64,000 nucleotides of DNA from a virus (IMGVR_UViG_3300010346_001536); one strand, 5' to 3'; positions 1 through 9,840 are shown, counted from the stretch's first letter. Notes: generated by a model from the sequence alone, not told the origin. Made by a program: numbers and translations.

Positions 1-2
1 CC

Positions 3-635
3 AGCATTCCATTTAAAAATTTAGCTTTTAAATTGAAAGAAGAAGGTGTTAATATACATGCTCAAAATTTTTCTGATGATGAGTTGAAAGAGCTAAATAT
101 TTCTCGTGAAAGTGTTCAACAAATTACTCATGTTCGACCAGAACGGCCGACTGTATTAGAATCGGATATCCATGTTGTTACTGCTAAAGGAGATAAATTT
201 GTTATGGTAGTGGGGATTTTAAATGGGAAACCATATGAAATGTTTGGCGGACATATGAATGGGTTTGGATTTAAATTTAATCAAAAAAAAGGAAAAATGC
301 GTAAAGTTAAAAGTGACCAATACGCATTAGAAATTGGAGATGATATTGAAATAGAAGATTTTTCTAAACAATTTACTCCTACCGAGCAAATTCTTTTCCG
401 GTTTGTATCTTTATCTTTAGGCAGCGGTATTCCCATTCAAGAAACTGTTGACCAATTACAAAAAGGAGCTAGTGATATTACTTCTCTTGGAGCGGCCGCG
501 GCACGTGTATTAAAAAAATATATTAAAAATGGAACGGTGGCAGATGGTAAAAAATGTCCTTCTTGTGGAACTCAAATTGTATTTATAGATGGATGTTGTA
601 CTTGTCCCAATTGTAATTGGTCGAAATGTAATTAA
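3..635 (+). CDS. nrdJ: class II ribonucleotide reductase, C-terminal part (5'-truncated by window)
   Basis: Frame is open from nt 3 (SIPFKNLAFKLKEEG...). Contains a TSCPD-like region (GKPYEMF) and the terminal Cys cluster CPSCG...DGCCTCPNCNWSKC typical of NrdJ C-termini. Confidence 0.75.
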   Translation, partial: SIPFKNLAFKLKEEGVNIHAQNFSDDELKELNISRESVQQITHVRPERPTVLESDIHVVTAKGDKFVMVVGILNGKPYEMFGGHMNGFGFKFNQKKGKMRKVKSDQYALEIGDDIEIEDFSKQFTPTEQILFRFVSLSLGSGIPIQETVDQLQKGASDITSLGAAAARVLKKYIKNGTVADGKKCPSCGTQIVFIDGCCTCPNCNWSKCN

Positions 636-712
636 TAAAAATTTTATATTAATTTAATATTTTATTATATTTATATTTATAACAAATATAATTTGATAGA
701 TATTTTAATTGT

Positions 713-1462
713 ATGGAAGATTTGCATAAATTGGCTCAGAAAGATTATACCCTAGAACCCCGAGTAGCTAAACTTGAAGTTGGCCTTGACCGTTTAACAG
801 AAGATTTAAAAGACTTGGCCACAGTAGTTCGACAGCAAGGAAAGTCTGTTGAAGCCGAAATTCAAAAGCTTGTTGTGGCTGTTACCCAAGCCCAAGGACC
901 TCGTAAAACAGATTGGGGAGTTTTAATTGCTGCTGCCGGCTTATTTCTTGCAATTGGAGGGGCGGCGTTTTGGCCTTTAAATCAACAAGTTCAAGAGCTT
1001 AAAATTTCACAGACAGCCAATCATCAATTAATAGTTGAACATCAAAAAATGGATAATCATCCTGTAGGAACAGCTTTAGTTCAACGGTTAGAAGAACAAT
1101 TAAAATTACATATACAACAAAATGTAAAAGATATATCTGACCATATTATTAATGAACAAAAAGATTTTGAATTCACGCGAAAATGTTTTCAAGAAAGATT
1201 AGAATCTGAAAGAGTTTATTATGAAGGTAAGATTAGAAATATTCAGGCTGAGCTAGAAGGAATTCAGGCTAAAAATGACCTTTATATTGATAAGCTTTTT
1301 GGAAGAATTCAAGTTTTAGAAAAAGAACATATAAAACAAGCCGATACAGAACGGGCGGAACTTATGCTTTGGAGACAAAAAGCAATGGGATTAACAGTTC
1401 CCGACTCTTATGTTCCTTTAGTTCCACGGGATATGGGTGTTAATAATAATGACAATAAATAA
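713..1462 (+). CDS. hypothetical coiled-coil protein with one transmembrane helix
   Basis: 249 aa ORF; hydrophobic stretch WGVLIAAAGLFLAIGGAAFW; ATATTTATA motif upstream. Confidence 0.6.
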   Translation: MEDLHKLAQKDYTLEPRVAKLEVGLDRLTEDLKDLATVVRQQGKSVEAEIQKLVVAVTQAQGPRKTDWGVLIAAAGLFLAIGGAAFWPLNQQVQELKISQTANHQLIVEHQKMDNHPVGTALVQRLEEQLKLHIQQNVKDISDHIINEQKDFEFTRKCFQERLESERVYYEGKIRNIQAELEGIQAKNDLYIDKLFGRIQVLEKEHIKQADTERAELMLWRQKAMGLTVPDSYVPLVPRDMGVNNNDNK

Positions 1463-1499
1463 AGTGTTTTTGTAGATATATTGATATTTATAAGATAGC

Positions 1500-2240
1500 A
1501 TGAAAGTTAATCAATTTCAAAAACTTATTCGTAAAGTTCTATTAGAAGAAGTAGAAAAGCGTAATTCTATAAATCAAGAAATTTATAAAAGACTTCCTGA
1601 AGTTATTAGTGCTAAAGATTTAGAAAATATTATACCAAAAAGAAACGATAGATATAATAAATCGGAAATTTTAGATATTATTTCGAAAGCTGTAAAGTCC
1701 ATTGATTCTTCTGCCACGGTGGTATGGGATGACCATGATGATATTATGGTTTCATCTCAAGATTTATTCCGCGTTCGTATTATACCACGGTGGGAAAATA
1801 ATTTTAATATTGAAGCTTTTATTCGTAATGAAGACCGCATTTATATTTCTAATCAAAATTTAGACCAAGTAGTTGAATTTCTAAAAACGAATTTTAAAAA
1901 TATTGAAACTAGTACTCGTCTTGCTTATAATAAATCTATAGATAATGCAACTATGGAATATAAATTACCGGCTCCCGATAAGGGATTGCCGCAAAAAGAT
2001 AAGCCAAAGATATTACCATTTACTAATGAGAAACTCTCCGAAAAAAAGAATAAAGAAAGAAATTATACTGAAAAACAAGTTAAAGAAGAATCTGATTTGC
2101 CCGAAAAACCAATGAGAGAAGTTAAAGATTTTAAACGACAAATTGAATATAAATCACGAAGTCCGATTTCTATACGTACAGAAAAAACAAAGTATCCTTC
2201 TAAGAAACCTAATACTAGATTGACAGTACCGTTTAAATAA
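1500..2240 (+). CDS. hypothetical protein (possibly late/structural)
   Basis: 246 aa ORF; ATATTTATA 7 nt before ATG; followed by a terminator. Confidence 0.6.
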   Translation: MKVNQFQKLIRKVLLEEVEKRNSINQEIYKRLPEVISAKDLENIIPKRNDRYNKSEILDIISKAVKSIDSSATVVWDDHDDIMVSSQDLFRVRIIPRWENNFNIEAFIRNEDRIYISNQNLDQVVEFLKTNFKNIETSTRLAYNKSIDNATMEYKLPAPDKGLPQKDKPKILPFTNEKLSEKKNKERNYTEKQVKEESDLPEKPMREVKDFKRQIEYKSRSPISIRTEKTKYPSKKPNTRLTVPFK

Positions 2241-2264
2241 TAAATTTAATTGATTGATTGTATT

Positions 2265-2299
2265 AATAGGGGCGACAGAATTGTTAGCCCCTATTTTTT
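2265..2299 (+). terminator. intrinsic terminator
   Basis: AATAGGGGC...GCCCCTATT stem followed by a T-run. Confidence 0.75.
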
Positions 2300-2330
2300 A
2301 TGTATTTGTAATAACCAAGACATTTTTTAT

Positions 2331-2358
2331 TTGACTTAAGAGTTTATTCTGGTATGTT
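2331..2358 (+). promoter_or_regulatory. sigma70-type promoter
   Basis: TTGACT-16 nt-TATGTT with TG extension. Confidence 0.5.
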
Positions 2359-3299
2359 TGTTATCTATGAATGTTACAGAATCCGATTTTATTTTAGAGA
2401 AGTGCATATCTCTAAAGCCCAAAGAATTAATAATTTCTGATTTAAAATGGAAGTACCTTGTACGTTCTATTGTTAGAAATAAGAACATTATGATTATTGG
2501 ACCTTCAGGATGTGCCAAAACAATGGCTGCCCGGTGTGCTTCCAAAGCACTTAATCGACCGTTGGAGCGGTTTAATATTGGTTCAACACAAGATGCTCGT
2601 GCCACTCTTATAGGAAATACCACGTATAAAAAAGAAACCGGAACTGTATTTCACAAATCGGCATTTGTCAATGCCATTACAACTCCCAAGACTGTTATTC
2701 TTCTGGATGAGCTTACACGCGGAACGCATGATGCATGGAATATTTTAATGACGGTCGTTGACCCTACTCAGCGATATTTGCGGTTAGATGAGGATTCTAC
2801 AAGCTCCATAATTAAAGTAGCAGATGATGTTAGTTTTATAGCTACGGCTAATATTGGTAATGAATTTACTGCAACAAAAGTGTTGGACCGGGCTATTTCA
2901 AGAAGATTTCCGATGAAGCTTGAAATGTCATTGCTTTCATCTGAGGAATTGAAGCATCTCTTTGGTATTTATTTTTTGGCTAGAACTGATGAGCAAGTAA
3001 AATTGATGAATGTTTTGGCTTCTATTTCTGATGATTTAATTGCTCAATGTAAAATGGAAGATGCAAAAATTTCTATGGCTATTCCTCCTGCCAATATGAT
3101 AGAAATGGCCGAATTAGTAATGGATGGTTTTACGCTTGAAGAAATCGCCGAAGCCGCTATTTATCCAGAGTATCCCGATGATGGCGGAGCCGATAGTGAA
3201 CGAACGTTTGTAAAATCTATTTTGCAAAAATATTTTCCTAATGATGTAAAGAGTCCTATTAATGACCCATTAGTTAATAAGAAAAAGGTTCCTTTTTAA
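2358..3299 (+). CDS. MoxR/CbbQ/CobS-like AAA+ ATPase (start may be ATG 2367)
   Basis: Walker A GPSGCAKT, Walker B ILLDE, ATAN sensor 1, DRAISRRF arginine finger. Confidence 0.85.
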   Translation: MLSMNVTESDFILEKCISLKPKELIISDLKWKYLVRSIVRNKNIMIIGPSGCAKTMAARCASKALNRPLERFNIGSTQDARATLIGNTTYKKETGTVFHKSAFVNAITTPKTVILLDELTRGTHDAWNILMTVVDPTQRYLRLDEDSTSSIIKVADDVSFIATANIGNEFTATKVLDRAISRRFPMKLEMSLLSSEELKHLFGIYFLARTDEQVKLMNVLASISDDLIAQCKMEDAKISMAIPPANMIEMAELVMDGFTLEEIAEAAIYPEYPDDGGADSERTFVKSILQKYFPNDVKSPINDPLVNKKKVPF

Positions 3300-3344
3300 T
3301 ATTTATAAAAACTAATTAAATAAATGGATTATAAATAAAAAGCA

Positions 3345-5597
3345 ATGCATTTAGGGAAAAAAATATCTCCGGCCGAAATTGATTTTTGGTTAGATATCGA
3401 TAAGTATTCGAATTTTATTGAAAATGAATTAGACTCCGAAAATAAAAATCTTGTTTTTAGCATTGATATGGTACGACTGGCTTCTATACGAGCGGTTATA
3501 TCTAACTTTGTTCGAATTTTAACTCGGCGTGTTATTCCTGTATATTTTTGTGATGCTCCTAATAGTTTTAATTATAGCGGAAAGCAAATTTATATTTCAG
3601 CCAAAATAAATAATAAGCGAGATTTTGACGTAGCCGTAGGACTTGCACTTCATGAGGCAGGACATGTTTTACTTACTGATTTCGATATGATTAAACATGC
3701 CTATCAAAATGTTCCTCATAAGATATATCAAATGTCCGATGCTAAAAATATACGACGAGCTTCAATGGAAAGATTTATGCATGGAATGTTAAATGTAATT
3801 GAAGACCGCTATATTGATGCTTATGTTTTTAATGAGGCACCAGGATATCGGGGATATTATGCGGCTATGTATGAAGAATTTTGGAATTCTCCCGAAATAG
3901 ATTTAATATTACAAAGTGACGATTGTCGCTATCCGAGTCTTAAATCGTATGATTTTCGAATTACAAATTTTACTAATGAACACACCGACCTTTTGGCCCT
4001 TCCTCGACTTGAAGATATAGCTAAAGTTATTGATATTAGTCATATAGACCGCTTATCTACTACAAAAGACCGTATAGAATGTGCATTTAAAGTAACAGAA
4101 ATTGTATTGGATTGTATAGATAAGCAAGAAAAGCTTGAGACTGAGGGGAAATGGAAGATTCAAAAAAAGAAATCTGACCTTGCCGACCCCAATGATTATT
4201 TTGATTTTGGAGAAGATGATTTTTCGGCCAATGAAAAGGAAGAGACAGATTTTAATGGGGATAATAAAGATGATAATGATGAGGATTTAACAGAAGGAAA
4301 AAGAAAAGATGTTGGTACAGAAATGATAAAAGAGATTTCTGATATTATTACTGGGCAAAATTTACATCCTGAAAAGCTTAAAAATAATGAAAAAGCAGTA
4401 AATCAAACATCAGACTCTCCCGTTGATAAAAAAGATTCACAAAAATTAGATTTTTTTATTGATAAACAGCGTCGTTTTATATGGGGAGATGTACCTAAGG
4501 CTGCGGTGACTGATTATCAAAAATCACTTTTAAATTTAATTGAAAAACATGGAATTATTATAAAACAAGTAGATGTTCCGGTTGTAATTCAAGGCAATAG
4601 TGAATGTTTTAAGGTAGATTGTATAGTTGTTCATAAAATGACCAAAGAACTCGTCCTGTCGGGCGTAGAGATGTTTCCTATGTCGGGGGCTAAACAGATG
4701 GGGTCCAACATTCCCGACCCGCCTAAAGAGGTGGCAGACGCCGTAAAGAGGGGTATAATACTTGGTACTCAATTAGGGAGAAAGTTGCAAATACGAAGGG
4801 AAATTAATCCTGTTAAAGCATTACGCAAAAAGTCAGGTAAAATTAATAGGCGTCATTTACATGAGTTGGCGTGGGATTCGGAAGATATTTTTCATAAAAT
4901 ATACATAGAACCTTGTCCCGGCGTTAATTTACATATTACCGTAGATGCCAGTAGTTCAATGTTAGGAGAAAAATGGGAAAAGACTATGACTGCGGTAGTG
5001 GCAATTTGTAAAGCAGCTAGTATGATTGAAAATATTCATGTAACAGTATCTTTTCGTTCGACTCAATCTGCCGAAAAATATAAGGGAATGTATGATTCAT
5101 TTCCTTATGTTATATTAGCTTATGATTCAAAAGTAGATAAATTTAATAAAATTAAATCCCTTTTTCCATATTTAGTTCCAAATGGATGTACACCTGAAGG
5201 ATTAGCTTTTGGGGCTATTATGAGTGTTTTTGAGGAGATTACACCAGACGAGGAAAATAGATATTTTTTAAATCTTTCAGATGGTGAGCCGTTTTTCCGA
5301 ATGATTATTCCACATTTACAAATTCCATTATTATATGATGGGAATACGGGAGCTGAGCACACCAAAAAGCAAGTAGAAAAAATACGTCGAATGGGAGTTG
5401 AAATATTGAGTTATTATATTGGAGACGAATATTATAGTAAAATTAATTATAGCCAACATTCTCAAGAGCCTTATCAAATGGAATGGTTTCGTAAAATGTA
5501 TGGTAAAAATGCTCGTTTTATTGATGTTAATAATATCGTGGACCTTGCTCGCACAATCAACAATCTTTTTTTGACTAAAGGTGATAATAGTGCTTGA
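3345..5597 (+). CDS. CobT-like VWA protein with N-terminal HExxH region
   Basis: LHEAGH and NVIEDRYID motifs, acidic linker, MIDAS DASSSM, TPEG, LSDGEP; adjacent to a MoxR-type ATPase. Confidence 0.8.
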   Translation: MHLGKKISPAEIDFWLDIDKYSNFIENELDSENKNLVFSIDMVRLASIRAVISNFVRILTRRVIPVYFCDAPNSFNYSGKQIYISAKINNKRDFDVAVGLALHEAGHVLLTDFDMIKHAYQNVPHKIYQMSDAKNIRRASMERFMHGMLNVIEDRYIDAYVFNEAPGYRGYYAAMYEEFWNSPEIDLILQSDDCRYPSLKSYDFRITNFTNEHTDLLALPRLEDIAKVIDISHIDRLSTTKDRIECAFKVTEIVLDCIDKQEKLETEGKWKIQKKKSDLADPNDYFDFGEDDFSANEKEETDFNGDNKDDNDEDLTEGKRKDVGTEMIKEISDIITGQNLHPEKLKNNEKAVNQTSDSPVDKKDSQKLDFFIDKQRRFIWGDVPKAAVTDYQKSLLNLIEKHGIIIKQVDVPVVIQGNSECFKVDCIVVHKMTKELVLSGVEMFPMSGAKQMGSNIPDPPKEVADAVKRGIILGTQLGRKLQIRREINPVKALRKKSGKINRRHLHELAWDSEDIFHKIYIEPCPGVNLHITVDASSSMLGEKWEKTMTAVVAICKAASMIENIHVTVSFRSTQSAEKYKGMYDSFPYVILAYDSKVDKFNKIKSLFPYLVPNGCTPEGLAFGAIMSVFEEITPDEENRYFLNLSDGEPFFRMIIPHLQIPLLYDGNTGAEHTKKQVEKIRRMGVEILSYYIGDEYYSKINYSQHSQEPYQMEWFRKMYGKNARFIDVNNIVDLARTINNLFLTKGDNSA

Positions 5598-5622
5598 CAT
5601 ATTATATTTGCTGTGTTAAGAT
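5594..5622 (+). promoter_or_regulatory. sigma70-type promoter
   Basis: TTGACA-17 nt-TAAGAT with TGn extension. Confidence 0.7.
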
Positions 5623-5670
5623 GAGTATAATACCAAAAGGTAGTAACATTTAAAACATTTATTAAATCAT

Positions 5671-6033
5671 ATGAAACAAAAGAAAAATAATACTAATCAA
5701 TCAGTAACGTGGCCTAAGGATGCATTATTTACCTTTGAAGACCTTCATCAACTTAATCCTGATATTATTTCGATTACGCTTCGTGTTAAAATGACTAAAG
5801 CTATAGAAGAAGGAAGGATTGCTGAAATAGGTTCTATTCCATCTGGTAAAGGGCGACCGCCTAAGGTGTATTCTATGACTCCAGTTATTCAGCTTACTTT
5901 GGACCAAGCAAAGGCCAAGTCTATTAATCTCGTGGATAATGCTGAAAAATTGTTACAAATAAGACCCGTAAGTAACATGAATGCCGTTTCTGTAGGCAAT
6001 GCTTCGGTATCTGTTATGAATAAGATTATTTAA
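5671..6033 (+). CDS. putative winged-helix DNA-binding protein
   Basis: Helix pattern followed by a GKGRPPKVY wing-like motif. Confidence 0.55.
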   Translation: MKQKKNNTNQSVTWPKDALFTFEDLHQLNPDIISITLRVKMTKAIEEGRIAEIGSIPSGKGRPPKVYSMTPVIQLTLDQAKAKSINLVDNAEKLLQIRPVSNMNAVSVGNASVSVMNKII

Positions 6034-6058
6034 TTAATTAATATGCCGTGTATTTGAT

Positions 6059-6244
6059 ATGATTAAATCAATGGTTCTCAAAAAGTTACATCCTAAAATC
6101 TATCAAATATACGGCATTTTTAATTTTAAAACCGAAGAATTAATCTATGTTAGTCTTAATTATGATGATGTAGAGATACAATTTGAATTGGGCAATTATG
6201 GTGAAGAATTTGATATTGTTTGTTTTGAAACAGCGGTGTACTAA
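6059..6244 (+). CDS. hypothetical protein
   Basis: 61 aa ORF co-oriented with the upstream gene. Confidence 0.5.
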   Translation: MIKSMVLKKLHPKIYQIYGIFNFKTEELIYVSLNYDDVEIQFELGNYGEEFDIVCFETAVY

Positions 6245-6543
6245 TATCGCATGAGATATTTCCCAATGGTATCAATGGGACCGTTATAAGTTTGAATTCG
6301 GCGAAATCCATCTTGTCCAAGTATATAGGAATAAATGGTAATTTTGATAGATTTGTCCACATTCATTTCTTCATGAATATTTTTTAAAGTATTAACAACA
6401 ATAGTTTTAGAACCCCAAATGATAGGAGCATTCAAATCTTTATCGAATAAAATAGCAGTTTTAAGGTCCATATAGAACAGATGAAATACTTTTCCTTTTA
6501 CGTTACCTTTTTTTTCGGAGTTTAATACATTTCGGATTACCAT
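6241..6543 (-). CDS. hypothetical protein
   Basis: 100 aa ORF, convergent with overlapping stop codons. Confidence 0.55.
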   Translation of the reverse strand: MVIRNVLNSEKKGNVKGKVFHLFYMDLKTAILFDKDLNAPIIWGSKTIVVNTLKNIHEEMNVDKSIKITIYSYILGQDGFRRIQTYNGPIDTIGKYLMRY

Positions 6544-6634
6544 ATATTCAAAATATTATAATTTTACTTTATATGTTTAAATATGGCATTAAATAGTAAG
6601 AAGAAAAATTATATAAATTTACAATTAAAATAAG

Positions 6635-6663
6635 TTGCTTATTTATTAAATGAGTGTTAGTAT
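6635..6663 (+). promoter_or_regulatory. sigma70-type promoter
   Basis: TTGCTT-17 nt-TAGTAT with TGn extension. Confidence 0.5.
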
Positions 6664-6687
6664 AAATACCAAGATAAAATAATAAAT

Positions 6688-6831
6688 ATGGGAAAGACTT
6701 TTCGTAGAAATAATAAATTTCGTTCTAAAGAACATAGGAAAACGTTTCATAAAAATTATCATCCGAATAAAAAAATAAAACATTTTAAGAAAAATATCAA
6801 AAGTTCGCCGGATTTTAATGAAGAATTATGA
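6688..6831 (+). CDS. small basic protein, 47 aa (not in ORF track)
   Basis: Translated by hand: MGKTFRRNNKFRSKEHRKTFHKNYHPNKKIKHFKKNIKSSPDFNEEL; follows a promoter; ATGA overlap with the next gene. Confidence 0.6.
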   Translation: MGKTFRRNNKFRSKEHRKTFHKNYHPNKKIKHFKKNIKSSPDFNEEL

Positions 6832-7178
6832 ATGCATTATTGATATTAGCAGTTTTATATGTTACTATAATTATTATATCAATAGTTGCATTATATAAAA
6901 TGATTGTTGCTATTGATAAAAGAATTTATATGTTGCAGGAGGCATTTAATAATTCTCTTAAAACGCTGGATGACCAATTAAAAACTTTATATGAAAGAGT
7001 AAATAATATAGATAGTCGTATTCCAATTATTATAGGTTGGTGTGAAACATTACGAGAAAATCAAAACATTTTACAAGGAGATTTAGAAAAAGTATTTTAT
7101 GGCACCAGAAAAGAAATCCGGAAAATCGAAAAGCAAAAAGAGCGACTTGCAAATTCCGAAGAGAAAAAGCTTGTTTGA
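6828..7178 (+). CDS. membrane-anchored coiled-coil hypothetical protein
   Basis: N-terminal hydrophobic helix followed by heptad repeats. Confidence 0.6.
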   Translation: MNALLILAVLYVTIIIISIVALYKMIVAIDKRIYMLQEAFNNSLKTLDDQLKTLYERVNNIDSRIPIIIGWCETLRENQNILQGDLEKVFYGTRKEIRKIEKQKERLANSEEKKLV

Positions 7179-7617
7179 CCATGTAAATGCAATTCGGAGA
7201 GAAAAAGACCCAAATTATTATAATAATCTTTCCGAAGAAGACCGAAAAACGTTTAATCATTTTATGATTTTACGAGCTCTTTCAATGGATTCTTCGATTG
7301 TAGAAGAAATGGCAAGTTTATATCAAGTATTTGATAAAATTCCTTCGCCTCAATTTTATCAATTATTGATAGCTTTAGTTCCGAAGGATTTTCGTTTTTA
7401 TAAATGGGTTAAAACCAAAAAAATGAAGCATAAAATAGAGCTGCTTAAAATTGTTGCTGACCGTTTTAAAGTATCACAATTTGAAGCTAATGATTATGTT
7501 AATATATTATTGAGAACTGACGAAGGCCAAGATGAGCTGGTATCTATTTGTCGTGCTTTTGGTATAAATGAGAAGGAAATTGAAAAAATATTTGAAGTTG
7601 AATCCAAAGAAGAATAA
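7099..7617 (+). CDS. clamp loader small subunit, T4 gp62-like
   Basis: SLFDHVNAI...FMILRALSM...YQLLIALVPKDFRFYKWVK resembles the gp62 pattern; gp44 and gp45-like genes are in the window. Confidence 0.6.
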   Translation: MAPEKKSGKSKSKKSDLQIPKRKSLFDHVNAIRREKDPNYYNNLSEEDRKTFNHFMILRALSMDSSIVEEMASLYQVFDKIPSPQFYQLLIALVPKDFRFYKWVKTKKMKHKIELLKIVADRFKVSQFEANDYVNILLRTDEGQDELVSICRAFGINEKEIEKIFEVESKEE

Positions 7618-7630
7618 TATAAGATTTTAT

Positions 7631-8311
7631 ATGAAAGTTATAGGAATTTCGGGTTATGCTCGGTGTGGTAAAGATACATTTGTAAAAATTGCCAGTGATA
7701 TTCTTAGAAAAAATCATTATATTCCTATGCGGTTTGCTTTTGCCGATAGGCTTAAAGATGAAGTAGAGAAAATGTTAAAAAGATATAGATTTCAAGCCAA
7801 AGTAAAAACTGAAAAAGCAGAACAAAAAGCTCTTATACGTCCTTTATTAGTGTGGTGGGGATGTCAACGGAGACATGAGTCGGATAAAGGATTATACTGG
7901 GTTAATTTGGTCGACCAAAAAATTCGAGACCTTATAAAAGAGCATCATAATGATGGTGTATCTTCCGAGCGTATGGTTGCTCTTATTTCTGATGTTCGTT
8001 TTCAAAATGAAGCCGAGTGGATTCAAAAAGAATGGAATGGTTCTGTAATACATTTAAAAAAATGGAGTCCTAAATGGAGAGTCCGAGGAAAAAAATTTAT
8101 TGATAATCTTATGGTTAAGATTTATGATGTGGCTCCTAACGAAGAGGAACGGAAACAGGACCCATTAGTACAAGAAATTTCGAATGTTAAAACCGAGTGG
8201 GAAGAAAAGGGACATGAAACATTAGAAATGGCAACGGCCGATAAAGATTTGCAAAAAGTTGTTTTAAATGCATTAAATAATACTAAACTTTTTAATGAAC
8301 AAATCGTTTAG
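7631..8311 (+). CDS. deoxynucleoside monophosphate kinase (T4 gp1-like)
   Basis: IGISGYARCGKDT P-loop, FAFADRLK, ISDVRFQNEAE. Confidence 0.75.
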   Translation: MKVIGISGYARCGKDTFVKIASDILRKNHYIPMRFAFADRLKDEVEKMLKRYRFQAKVKTEKAEQKALIRPLLVWWGCQRRHESDKGLYWVNLVDQKIRDLIKEHHNDGVSSERMVALISDVRFQNEAEWIQKEWNGSVIHLKKWSPKWRVRGKKFIDNLMVKIYDVAPNEEERKQDPLVQEISNVKTEWEEKGHETLEMATADKDLQKVVLNALNNTKLFNEQIV

Positions 8312-8601
8312 CGACATAATATTCCTATAAGAGCACCGCCATCAGTATAAAATTGAATTTGCCGGTCTTCAGTTTTTGATAAAAATTCATTTCTAAATTT
8401 AGGAACGACATTTTTGACAGCATTCATATAGATTAAAGAGCAATTATCATAAAGTTTCTTTTTTAATTCGGATTTCCAACAATTACAAGCAGAGTTGTAA
8501 TTATTAATGCATCCTATAATTTGTTGAAAAATCATATCTAGGTTTTGTAATTCTCCTTTATTGATAAAATTAACAAATTGAGTAACGTTTCGAATATCCA
8601 T
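8308..8601 (-). CDS. hypothetical protein
   Basis: 97 aa ORF at the end of the minus-strand operon. Confidence 0.55.
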   Translation of the reverse strand: MDIRNVTQFVNFINKGELQNLDMIFQQIIGCINNYNSACNCWKSELKKKLYDNCSLIYMNAVKNVVPKFRNEFLSKTEDRQIQFYTDGGALIGILCR

Positions 8602-8605
8602 ATAA

Positions 8606-8932
8606 TTATCCTAACAAACGGTCAATGGCGGTGAAAAGTAAAAGAGACCCCATGACAAACACCGGAAATAGGGTTATAGATGTCATGATAGATGGTATTA
8701 TTGATAACCATACGGCTAAACAAATTGGACAAGTTATTAAACGAATAAAAAAGGAGTTATGTTCTCGTTGTAAATAATTAATATAAGTTAATGTGACATC
8801 TTCGTGTTTTTTAGCTTCATAGTCTTTATAATGTGAAATGAAATCGAGATGGAAAAGACGACAATATTCCAACCAAGCGTCGGTTCTAAACCATATTAGT
8901 AATATTAATGATATAAAACAAATGATTTCCAT
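8606..8932 (-). CDS. small membrane protein with CxxC (DUF1360-like)
   Basis: Transmembrane segments and LITCPICLAVW. Confidence 0.55.
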   Translation of the reverse strand: MEIICFISLILLIWFRTDAWLEYCRLFHLDFISHYKDYEAKKHEDVTLTYINYLQREHNSFFIRLITCPICLAVWLSIIPSIMTSITLFPVFVMGSLLLFTAIDRLLG

Positions 8933-8943
8933 GTTTATAATTA

Positions 8944-9840
8944 TTATAAGAAAATTAAATTTGACTCATCAATTGGCGGATTTGTAACTATTATTTTATC
9001 ACGCCAAGTAGGGCATTGTTTAATAAAAGGCTCAACTTCTTCTGGACATGTTGGATGTAAAAATGTTCCCCATTTTTTAATAAATCTTTCCAATTCTATT
9101 TTATCAAATTTTATACGTTCTTTTTCTTTATTTTGATTTTCGGGTTTCCACCACTCGATGCCGCGACTGCTTGTACATGTAAAATGATACACAATAGCAT
9201 CCCACGTTTGTTTTAATTCATAACCTTTAATGGCAAACCGAAGTGCGATGTCACTATCCTCACGAGATTTTTTAAAATTTACATCGTGTCCTCCAATATT
9301 ATTCCATAATTTTTTATAAAGAGTAAACGGGGCAAAAAAGTAATTTGTAAGTTTATGGGGGTCTTTGTTTGATTCGGCAAATTTTAGGAAATTTTCATAT
9401 TGAAATTCCGCCGGAGTGTATCCGAAAGAGCGAATAAAAGTTATATTGTTGTCATTGGAACAATGTAGGGGGGGTTCGCAGCGAGTCGAGCAAAGAATAT
9501 GGTTGTCTTTTAATTGATTAGTAATTTTTTTATCATAATCTAAACAAACAATCATATCAGATTGTAAATAAGATACAACGTCGGTTTTGGCTTTTTGAAA
9601 CATATAATTAATGTTTCCGGCATATCCAATAGGAATTCCGTTATTTTTGATAATAGTTAAATTAGGAAATTCTTTTTTGATATTAATTAACATTTCTGTT
9701 GTATTTTGGTTGTCCGAATCTATGAATATAAGAATATCATGTAAATTGATATTAATGCCATTTAATAAAGATTCTAATAATAATTTAAGATAGAATTTTT
9801 CATTTTTAGCAGTATTAATGCAGAAAGTTATTTTATTCAT
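8944..9840 (-). CDS. glycosyltransferase family 2
   Basis: GT-A pattern: ITFCINT, IFIDSD, YLQSDM, IGGHD...REDSD, VYHF. Confidence 0.8.
   Translation of the reverse strand: MNKITFCINTAKNEKFYLKLLLESLLNGININLHDILIFIDSDNQNTTEMLINIKKEFPNLTIIKNNGIPIGYAGNINYMFQKAKTDVVSYLQSDMIVCLDYDKKITNQLKDNHILCSTRCEPPLHCSNDNNITFIRSFGYTPAEFQYENFLKFAESNKDPHKLTNYFFAPFTLYKKLWNNIGGHDVNFKKSREDSDIALRFAIKGYELKQTWDAIVYHFTCTSSRGIEWWKPENQNKEKERIKFDKIELERFIKKWGTFLHPTCPEEVEPFIKQCPTWRDKIIVTNPPIDESNLIFL

Noticed and set aside
4650-4760. GC-rich patch in the VWA gene as a structured RNA or insertion
   Set aside because: Only short pairings (GTCGGG/CCCGAC) and the reading frame is uninterrupted; not enough support.
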